Virus record (IMG/VR): IMGVR_UViG_3300045988_164457
Span: 1-64,000 of that record
DNA: 64,000 nucleotides
Source: a virus
Strand: one strand, 5' to 3'
The position numbers and the translations under genes were made by a program. The notes beneath the pieces are model-generated. The model ran no database searches and had not been told where the DNA came from. It saw only the letters and a list, made by a program, of their open reading frames with translations. Shown here piece by piece: positions 27,543 through 35,726 of this stretch (positions are counted from its first letter, which is position 1; each line of letters starts with the position of its first letter).

Positions 27543-27655
27543 TGAAAAATATCATATTACATCCTTATGTTGAATTTGATTAAGGCTTCCTAATTCTATT
27601 TAATCAAGTACAACAGGAAGCACCCACAGGTACTGGCATATCTGTGGGTGCTTTT
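27543..27655 (+). ncRNA. Predicted ~110-nt non-coding RNA
   Basis: No RBS-preceded ORF. Internal hairpin GCTTCCT/AGGAAGC (~27586-27620). Terminator AAGCACCCACAG 27618-29 / CTGTGGGTGCTT 27642-53 plus TTTT. Confidence 0.4.
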
Positions 27656-27714
27656 GCGTACTATAACGGTTTCCTTTTTTCTGCTCGTACATACTGATAT
27701 TATAGCAAGGAAAA

Positions 27715-27936
27715 TTACAACTGAGACTGAGTTATTGGTATCGGTATATTTTGCTGAATAGCTTCAGTCTTAATTGTAGGTAAAACAATGTTTGTGAGCA
27801 TTGTTAATGTGATTGTCAAAAGCTGTAATATCCTTTTGAGTTTTGGGCGTTTAATCCCATATAATCCCCAAATGTAGATTACAGTGCATATAAGTAACGA
27901 TATAAAGTTTAAAATTAACGTCCAGAAAAATACCAT
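27715..27936 (-). CDS. Small two-TM membrane protein (73 aa)
   Basis: MVFFWTLILNFISLLICTVIYIWGLYGIKRPKLKRILQLLTITLTMLTNIVLPTI... RBS AAAGGA at 8 nt. Convergent with the 27543-27655 RNA. Confidence 0.45.
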   Translation of the reverse strand: MVFFWTLILNFISLLICTVIYIWGLYGIKRPKLKRILQLLTITLTMLTNIVLPTIKTEAIQQNIPIPITQSQL

Positions 27937-28125
27937 AGACTCATCCTTTCGATTTTGAGCGGTGCAGAAAAGAAAGCCTATATCAGCAATTAAATTATAC
28001 TATATTTTCTTCCAAAATAACTACCTGCAAATTTAACAAATTATTTTCAATCATTTATGCACATTTACCACTTAAATTATAGTTTTATCAACGTTGCTAT
28101 ATTGTAGATTTAACAATACAAATTC

Positions 28126-28154
28126 TTGACAATTTTAAATGTATAAGGTATAAT
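28126..28154 (+). promoter_or_regulatory. Perfect consensus sigma-A promoter
   Basis: TTGACA 28126-31, 17-nt spacer, TATAAT 28149-54. Confidence 0.65.
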
Positions 28155-28185
28155 TATGTTATTAATTATATAGGAGATGTTGATA

Positions 28186-28395
28186 ATGGAATTTAACAAA
28201 AATAAAACTTATAACGGCAACGGCATAAATGCAGATGATGTATATGATTATGTGACAGAAGGTGTAGGAAATATTCAACATAATAGAGAAAATTTTGCAT
28301 ATGTTTCTAATAATGTAGAAGAAAGACCAACCCCCAAAACACCCATAAATAACAATAGCAACAACAATAACAACAATAATAATAGTAATGAATAG
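28186..28395 (+). CDS. Small protein with a poly-Asn tail
   Basis: ATG 28186, 9 nt after AGGAG. Ends ...PINNNSNNNNNNNNSNE. Confidence 0.4.
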   Translation: MEFNKNKTYNGNGINADDVYDYVTEGVGNIQHNRENFAYVSNNVEERPTPKTPINNNSNNNNNNNNSNE

Positions 28396-28410
28396 AAGGA
28401 GGAATAATTA

Positions 28411-29007
28411 TTGTCAGACATTTTTAATATTTTACCCGATATTGTAATTTATATTGTATTAGGTTATATCTGTCTCCATATGTATAGAATTACACGAATT
28501 GTTAAGAAATCAGATGATTTTGAACATATTCTGACAGAATCAATAGTTGTAGGCTTTATTATAAAAAATGTCATATCTCTAATACCTTTTACGTTTGGAG
28601 AATACATTGATACCATCGGAATGATAATATCAAGCGCTGCAATAGGTTTTGGGGTAGCCAAAATTCTTGAAACCCCTATAGCAGATAAAGTTATTAATAT
28701 TCTAAAAATCAAGCATACAAAGTTTAAGTATATGTGGCAAAACATTGATGATCCTAATTATGCCATATTTATTGATGCAACTAACCCCGAAACTCACATT
28801 AGATATTTTGGGCAGGTTGTGATGTATGAAGAATTTGAACGATTTCCAATAATTCAAATTTGCAAATATATGGCTTGGAAAGATAATGACTTATTATTTA
28901 ACTATTCAGATGACCCAACTCAAACAGTATTAATAGATACGTCCAAATACACAGAGATAGATATCATTTATCAAAAGGATAGTAGGGTAATCAAGCGCTG
29001 GAAATAA
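28411..29007 (+). CDS. Membrane protein (3 TM N-terminal domain plus soluble C domain), Abi/exclusion-like architecture
   Basis: TTG start after AAGGAGGA. 198 aa. TM helices in residues ~8-95, then a beta-rich C domain (AIFIDATNPETHIRYFGQVVMYEEFERFPIIQI...). Confidence 0.45.
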   Translation: MSDIFNILPDIVIYIVLGYICLHMYRITRIVKKSDDFEHILTESIVVGFIIKNVISLIPFTFGEYIDTIGMIISSAAIGFGVAKILETPIADKVINILKIKHTKFKYMWQNIDDPNYAIFIDATNPETHIRYFGQVVMYEEFERFPIIQICKYMAWKDNDLLFNYSDDPTQTVLIDTSKYTEIDIIYQKDSRVIKRWK

Positions 29008-29010
29008 TAT

Positions 29011-29044
29011 AAAAGAACCTTTGAATTTCTTCAAAGGTTCTTTT
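29011..29044 (+). terminator. Terminator
   Basis: AAAAGAACCTTTGAA / TTCAAAGGTTCTTTT perfect 15-bp stem. Confidence 0.7.
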
Positions 29045-29161
29045 ATATTTATAATTATTAAAACTTGCTACCGCAATTATTACACTACGTCAATACCATA
29101 TTACACATTTCGCTATAGCATACAAAACATTTAATAAACACTAATACAATACAAAATATTC

Positions 29162-29190
29162 TTGACAAATATTGCTATTAGTGGTATTAT
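29162..29190 (+). promoter_or_regulatory. Sigma-A promoter (TTGACA-17-TGgTATTAT)
   Basis: TTGACA 29162-67, TATTAT 29185-90 with upstream TG. Confidence 0.55.
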
Positions 29191-29263
29191 ATAGATAAGT
29201 AGATATTAGATACTTAATATGGTGCAAAAGTAAAAACGTAAATGATTATGTAAGGAGTATATT

Positions 29264-29695
29264 ATGTCTTTTTATAAGTATTGCCCTAAATGTGGAGATA
29301 TAACTTGTGTCCAAGAAGTGGAAAATTGCAATTTTTGTAACGAAGCGTACATAGTAACTGACTATGAATATAGTTTAAATGACCTTTTTGGCGACATAAA
29401 TAAACCAAAAGAAATCTTTGAGAAATATGTAAAGCCCAATCCACTATTCGATGAAGAACTCTACAACAAAAGGATGGGAGTAGAAAAAGCTCTGCAAGAG
29501 GCTACATCAAACCGACTGCGTATGGAAAAACAACAAGCTCAAAGAGCTAATGTCCCTAAATGTCCAACCTGTGGTTCAACAAATGTAGAAAAAATATCTA
29601 CAACTCAGAAAGCTTTTGGTTTTGCTTTGGTTGGAGTGTTTAGTAGTAATCTCGGTAAAACTATGCACTGCAAGAATTGCGGATATAAGTGGTAA
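29264..29695 (+). CDS. Double zinc-ribbon protein with a C-terminal hydrophobic segment
   Basis: CPKCG...CNFC at the N-terminus. CPTCGS...CKNCGYKW at the C-terminus flanking FGFALVGVFSS. RBS AAGGAG. Confidence 0.5.
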   Translation: MSFYKYCPKCGDITCVQEVENCNFCNEAYIVTDYEYSLNDLFGDINKPKEIFEKYVKPNPLFDEELYNKRMGVEKALQEATSNRLRMEKQQAQRANVPKCPTCGSTNVEKISTTQKAFGFALVGVFSSNLGKTMHCKNCGYKW

Positions 29696-29703
29696 TTATG
29701 GCA

Positions 29704-29740
29704 AAAGACCTGTTCTTAATTAACAGGTCTTTATTTGTGT
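29704..29740 (+). terminator. Terminator at the right end of the island
   Basis: AAAGACCTGTT / AACAGGTCTTT plus a T-rich tail. Confidence 0.65.
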
Positions 29741-29834
29741 TTAAATCTTTTTAATAGTATATTGATTTTGCTAAATTATATCGTAGCATGTTTGAAAGTC
29801 AACATTTTCATAATAATTCAAAACGTTAATATGG

Positions 29835-32800
29835 AAATATGGTATTTAAGACTGTTGACGGACACATAACTAATATATTTAATAAGGTCGATAAACTTAA
29901 TACGGGATTTGAACTTACAAATGATGAAATACAAAAAATTGTTAATCGATTTAATGACTTTAATTCTAAACAATCCTTTGGTCAGGAATATACAGATTTC
30001 ATTGCCGAAATGACCAATAGAAACTTTAATGTTTCCCAGATGTTCTCTGATCTTGCAAAACAAGGCGCTTCTGCAAGGGCAAGCATTGAGGGTTTCTATG
30101 CTGCAATTCTTGATGGTAATACTAAAGGTTTTGCCAATGTAAAATCAACTATAGCGTTGTTCAATCAGGCACAACAGTCTGGAGCAGATAACGCAAAGGC
30201 ATTTGCAAAAGCAGTTGGTCAGAGTAATACTCAGCTCGGTAATTATTTGGGCGGTCTTAACGGAGCTAAGGCATCTCTTGTTGGTTATGGTACGCAATTA
30301 GCGATTACAACAGCAAAAACTATAGGTCTTCGAGCTGTCACTATGGCTCTTAATGCTGCTTTGTCTTTTGGTGTTTTAACTGTTGTTAGTTTATTTGTTA
30401 GTAAGCTTGATGAATGGATTGTAACTCAAAAAGAGCTTACAGAACAAACAAAAGAATCTGCCGACAAGGCAAAAGAACAAGCGGCTGCGTTTTCTGATTT
30501 AAAAACTCAGTATCTGGCAATTATTGATAGTGCCGATGATGAGGCTACAAAAACAGAAAAACTTAATGAGTGGAAAAACACACTTATTGAAACATATGGC
30601 TTTGAAAAGAAAGCTCTTGAAAGTCTTAATACTGAACGTGAAAAAGGTATTGAATTGCTTGAACAAGAGTCTAAAGCTGGTATAAAATCAACTTATCAAA
30701 ATTATCTTGTTGAAAATAAAAATGAAATAGAAAAAGCCAAGAAAAAATTAGGACAGCTTGGTGAATTTAATATTTTTACAGGCTCACAGATTGATGTTGA
30801 TGAAAATGCCGATTTTGGCGTCGCCAAAAACCTTCAAAAGTATTTTGATGTAAAATCAGGGGATTATTTTGGTGAGTTAAATTATAAATTAAGTATCAAT
30901 TTTGACGATGCGGTTGATGAACTTGATCAATTAACCAAAATTCAAGATGAAATAAATAATATTGAATCGGAAAGAAAAGTAATTGGCAAGGGTTTAACAG
31001 AAGATGAAAAGTTAATTCGTCAATATGTTGAGAGTGAAATAAGTAGAATTGAAAAATTAAATGATAAATATTTATCTACCTATCAATCATCCGCTGAAGC
31101 TGGTGCTTGGGTAAAATTTAATACCGATGCCAATCAAAAAGCCTTAGAAGCCGCAGGAAAGGATGGCTATTCAAGTTGGAGGAATGCTTTTTTAAAGCAA
31201 GCTGAATCCCCTGCCGAACAGCGAGAAATGGAAAAAATTCTTGCTGAGAATGTTCCTGACTTAGAAACTGCTTATAAAACTCTTGAAACTCGAAGAAATA
31301 ATCTTGAACTTGCTAAATCAAAATTCGGCATAAGTGATTTGCTTAATTCAGAAAGTGCGAGAATGAAGGCTGTTTTCGTAAACTCTCTTGATGATACAGA
31401 CCTCGATATTCTTGTAAACAAAAGCGAAGACCCATTTAAAAATGGTATCGAAGGTGCTAAAAAGGCTATTGAAGATTTTAAGGCTGACCCTAAAAACCAA
31501 ATCAATGTTGAAACTGACACTTCTTCGCTTGAAGAAGCAACTAAAAAACTTGAAGATTATTCTAAGTCTATAAGTGATTACACAAAAGCTCAAAAAACTA
31601 TTACAGACGCATATAATGAACAGACTAAATATGGACAACTCGCAGCAGACACAATTCAATCTTTGATTGATGCTGGATACGCTGAAGCTCTTGTTGTAAA
31701 TGATGAAACTGGTGCTGTAACATTAAATACATCTGCTGTAGAAATGTTAAATAATCAAAAGAAAGTATCTCTTTTACTTGATGCTCAAAAGCAAAAATCC
31801 GAATTGACAAAACAGCTTGATGATGAAAAATCGAAAATTGATTCACTCACAAGCAGTCTTATGACTAATAATGAAGAAAAGAAGAAGTCATATGTTGCGG
31901 ATTTGCTTGCTGCTCAAGCGAATAAAGAACAGATTGAATCACAGATTGCAATGTATGATGCTTTAATGTCTTCTTTAGATGCTCCTGACTTTGGAACTGA
32001 AAATAAGGAAGACCCTGCTACTGTAAAACAATTCAAGAAAGATAATAAAGAAAAGAAACATCTTCTTGAAATGGAACAGATTACAGAGCAAGAGTATTAT
32101 GATTGGCTTGACAGTAAAAGCCATCGTGTTTATGGTAATCTTGCTGATTATCAAGATGAGCTTTGGAAGCACGAAGAAGAGGTTTATAACTGGAGACAGG
32201 AACAAGAACAAAAGCTCTTCGACAAGAAAATTGACAACCTTGAAAAGCTGGCTGACAAGGCACTTGATAATTACAAGGACGGAGACGGTAACGAGCTTAC
32301 AGTTACAGCAAGTTTTGATTATGCACGTGAACAGATAAACAAGGCTATTACCGAAACTCAGGCAAGAATTGACGGTATCAGAAACGGTACTATAAGTGGT
32401 GACACTGACGATATAGAGGCACTTATAGATGACCTTGACAGTCTTTATGACAAGTTTATTGATATCAATAAGAAGGAAATCGAATCAGAAAAGGATTATA
32501 TCAGTGAACTCAAAGACGATTATTCTGATATGATGGATGAGCGTATTGATAAGGTTGATGAGCTTTCTGATAAGATTGAAAAGAGCTATGACAAGCAAAT
32601 AGATGCTATTGACAAACAAATAGATGCTCTTGAAAAAGTCAAGGACACTGAGGATAGAATCAAGAAAATCAAGGACGCTCAACTTGCTGTTAAGGAAAAG
32701 GAGCAAGCTCTTGACGAAGCTAAACGTGAAGATGCTAAGAACAATTACGTTTACTTTGACGGAACTGGAATGTCTGTACAGACTTCTGATGAAAATCAGA

Positions 32801-33804
32801 AAAAGGCACAGGAGGAGCTTGATGAAAGTAAGAAAGACCTTGAAGAAGCTTATCGTGATGAACAAATCAGTGTACTTAAAGACCAAAAGGATATCCTTGA
32901 GGAACAGAAAGACACTGCTAAAGATTATTACGATAACGTAAAGGACAATCTTGAAAAACAGAAAACACAGGGTGAAAAGACCTATGAAGCTGTTGAGAAG
33001 ATTTATGAGCAGCTTGGCGGTGACAAGAAACAGACTTCTTCCAACGCCGAACTTGTTAAAAAGCTTTCTAAGTCAGGTGATATATCTAAGGCAATGTCTG
33101 AATTGTCTGATACTGAACGTCAGAAAGCTATTGATACAGGCGTTGTCAAGATACAGCCTAACGGTGATTATACTTTTGATTATTCTGCCTTTGAAAAGTA
33201 TTCAAGTACGGTAGATGACAATACACTTGCTACACAGGATTTAACTTCTATTCTTAAAGACATAGTTACTCAGACTAATACTGATAATAAGGATAAGACT
33301 GATAATTCTATGGTTGCAGGTGGCTTTAATCTTGTTGCTGACCCTAAGACAGGCAAACTTACTAAGAAACAAGTTATGGTCAATGGTGAAGTTGTTGAGG
33401 GATTAGGTCACAAGGTCTATGCTACTTCTAAGGAAGAGTGGCAAGGACATAATAACAGTGAAAGGACAAGCAAGGGAAGCTTTGCTGGTTATGATACGTT
33501 TATTGACTTTATGAGGGCTGTTAGTGCTGGAAAGGTGGATATTAGTCCTCTTACTAATGCGTTCAATAGTGACTATAATCCTATTGTTGACAGAATGAAT
33601 AAGTCTGTGAGTGATACCATTAACAATGTTTCTAACAGCAATGTTAATAATAACATCAATAACAAACCTGTTGTAAATCTTACTGTAAATGTTGAAGGCA
33701 GTGCTGATAAAAAGACTGTCGAAGCATTTAGGAATGTGGTCACTAAAGAAATTGGCACTGCTTTTGATGAATTTGGAAAAGCAGTACGTAATGCTAAAGT
33801 TTAA
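29835..33804 (+). CDS. Tail tape-measure protein, exon 4 / C-terminal part (5' boundary 29835-29842 uncertain)
   Basis: The frame is open only from 29830 (TAA at 27-29). There is no convincing RBS before ATG 29839. About 1320 aa with a hydrophobic TMP-type segment (LAITTAKTIGLRAVTMALNAALSFGVLTVVSLFV) and long coiled coils. Confidence 0.65.
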
Positions 33805-33843
33805 ACACTTTTGATGTTTGACTTTTGTATAAAAATATAGTAA

Positions 33844-33886
33844 AATAGAGCGTGAACCTTATCTTCACGCTCTATTGTTTATTTTT
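33844..33886. terminator. Bidirectional terminator between the TMP and the leftward TIR gene
   Basis: AATAGAGCGTGAA / TTCACGCTCTATT. T-run downstream and A-run upstream. Confidence 0.7.
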
Positions 33887-33890
33887 ATGC

Positions 33891-34319
33891 TTAAAGTGAA
33901 TAAGTTCTTATTGCAGAAACAATACTATCCGTGTACCAATTTACAGTTGTAGTTGCAACGGAGCTAACTTCTGTTGGCATATTTACATTTCCACGAGGTT
34001 TGATTGCAATGATAGGTTTTCCCATTGCTACTGCGCAATCTAATTCATACTGCATCCATTCACGATTATTATAGTACATTCCCGATATAACTAAAACACA
34101 ATTTACAGGTCTGATTTTTCTTAAAATAGCATCTTTAATTTGTGTTTTATTGGTAACGGAAGTACCATCTAAATTTATAAGAGGATTGTCTTTTGGAGCT
34201 GAATAATTATAATACTTAAAATTAGGAGCTTCTTCCAATAAATCATTTAAGTGAATGTAATCATCGCCGTATTTCCAAGCATGACTAATAAATAAATGGT
34301 ATGGCTTTAACTCTGGCAT
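33891..34319 (-). CDS. TIR-like domain protein (DUF1863 / ThsB-like)
   Basis: ATG 34319 (GAAAGG upstream). MPELKPYHLFISHAWKYGDDY...QIKDAILRKIRPVNCVLVISGMYYNNREWMQYELDCAVAMGKPIIAIKP matches the TIR-like pattern (FISH..., S.W...E). The longer track ORF to 34457 is an artefactual extension. Confidence 0.65.
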   Translation of the reverse strand: MPELKPYHLFISHAWKYGDDYIHLNDLLEEAPNFKYYNYSAPKDNPLINLDGTSVTNKTQIKDAILRKIRPVNCVLVISGMYYNNREWMQYELDCAVAMGKPIIAIKPRGNVNMPTEVSSVATTTVNWYTDSIVSAIRTYSL

Positions 34320-34376
34320 ATAAATTACAACCTTTCTAAAATAAAAATTTAAACAATTCCATAAGGAGGAATTATT

Positions 34377-34577
34377 TTGAATACTAATGTAAAAAAATAT
34401 CGTAAGAAGCCTGTTGTAATTGAGGCATATCAAACTGACAAGGAAATTGTTATTCACACATTAGAGGGCGATATGATAGCATCTGTTGGGGATTATATTA
34501 TCACGGGTGTGAATGGAGAACAATACCCTTGCAAACCTGATATCTTTGAAAAGACTTACGAATCTGTAGAAGATTGA
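34377..34577 (+). CDS. PGDYG-like small phage protein (opposite strand, between the SLATT and TIR genes)
   Basis: TTG start 8 nt after [21 protein letters not shown]...[27 protein letters not shown] resembles the PGDYG family motif. Confidence 0.5.
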   Translation: MNTNVKKYRKKPVVIEAYQTDKEIVIHTLEGDMIASVGDYIITGVNGEQYPCKPDIFEKTYESVED

Positions 34578-35053
34578 CTTACTTTGCTTTGCCATGTTGA
34601 AAATTCTTTAGTAAAATACTGCTCACAATTACTAACTAAGGTATCAAATGCCACGTCTGGGTTGTTAGAATTGTAGGGCGGTATTTTATTTATAAATTTT
34701 GAAGCTTCACTTTTCAGCATCTCGCAATTCATGCGATATTGAACCCATAAGTCTTTAAAGGTGTTTATATTTATTATGTAGGTGATTACCGAGACGGCTG
34801 AACCAGCAATGGCAATTAATATATTAACTAATGGTTTTTCTTCAAAAAGTGTTAATATTGGAATTGAAGAAGATATTATAACAGATATGACAGATAAAAC
34901 TTTGTAGTATTTTTGATTATGTTTTGCTTTTTTATCATACCATTGTATTTGGTCAAGCAATCTGTTCTTTAAATATCTTTGTTGTTTTTCAGTGTATTCA
35001 CTGTAATCTATCGGAAGGTCTATTATGTAGTTTTCATTTGATTTTTTACACAT
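34556..35053 (-). CDS. SLATT / DUF4231-like two-TM effector protein
   Basis: [40 protein letters not shown]...[44 protein letters not shown]...PPY shows W..k...y, then 2 TM helices, then W..YR..cE.L..E..., the signature I recall for this family. ATG 35053 has GGAG at 7 nt (35065 is also possible). Confidence 0.55.
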   Translation of the reverse strand: MCKKSNENYIIDLPIDYSEYTEKQQRYLKNRLLDQIQWYDKKAKHNQKYYKVLSVISVIISSSIPILTLFEEKPLVNILIAIAGSAVSVITYIININTFKDLWVQYRMNCEMLKSEASKFINKIPPYNSNNPDVAFDTLVSNCEQYFTKEFSTWQSKVSQSSTDS

Positions 35054-35252
35054 TTTATGCTCCATTTTTCACTGTAACGAGTTGTATTGTATAAGTATAT
35101 TGTATGCTATATTAAGAATAATTTCAAGTGAAATTTTGTATATTATGGCAAATTCCATAATATTAACAAGTTTTAACAAAATATATTGTTGATAAGCGAC
35201 AAAAGCATATAGTTGAAATATAGACTATTAAGAATATAAGGAAAGGATTGTT

Positions 35253-35726
35253 ATGGATTACAAAAGACAAATTTTAAATTGTGCCAACGAACTTATACAT
35301 AAAAACAATTCACAAATCAATAAATCTAATTTTGATAAAACCTATATTGGTAAAGTAATAGGTTCAATAAAAGATGATAATGAAAAAGTAGTACGTTGGC
35401 AGATATTCGCAAATGCTTCTACTTTTAATGTGCTTGCTGAAAATTGTAATGTTATTGCAGTAGGTCAGCGTGTGAGAATGTTTATACCCAGTAATCAGAG
35501 AGATATGGTTTATGCAGAGGTTATAACCGACTATGAGTTTAACCACCCATCGAAAGCGGTATATGATGCCGAAAAATGCACTGTAACGGAGACTTGGCTG
35601 CTTTCCGACAAGACGGAAGAGACAAGGGTATTTACTCTGACTGTCAAGGACAAGGGCGGTTCATCGGAAGAAGTCACAGCGATCACTTTCCCCGATGGCA
35701 GTGTTATGAGTTTGGAGGGATTTTGA
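35253..35726 (+). CDS. Hypothetical distal-tail region protein
   Basis: 157 aa with RBS AAGGAAAGGA. First rightward gene after the island. Confidence 0.3.
   Translation: MDYKRQILNCANELIHKNNSQINKSNFDKTYIGKVIGSIKDDNEKVVRWQIFANASTFNVLAENCNVIAVGQRVRMFIPSNQRDMVYAEVITDYEFNHPSKAVYDAEKCTVTETWLLSDKTEETRVFTLTVKDKGGSSEEVTAITFPDGSVMSLEGF

Larger units (their letters stand above)
23761..29745. mobile_element. Multigene accessory island lodged inside the third TMP intervening sequence
   Basis: About 6 kb and AT-rich. Carries 8-9 genes on both strands, each with near-consensus sigma-A promoters and hairpin terminators. No TMP-like coding sequence. The TMP frame resumes at ~29835. Confidence 0.5.

Noticed and set aside
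23341-29841. The third intervening sequence as a group II intron or a transposon.
   Set aside because: There is no reverse transcriptase or maturase, no GUGYG 5' end, and no transposase or terminal inverted/direct repeats that I could find. The 5' 420 nt resemble the neighbouring group-I-like intron instead.
34320-34457. N-terminal extension of the TIR ORF (track start 34457).
   Set aside because: The extension is low-complexity, has no RBS and overlaps the oppositely oriented, strongly RBS-preceded 34377 gene. The conserved TIR-like sequence begins at MPELKPYHLFISH (34319).
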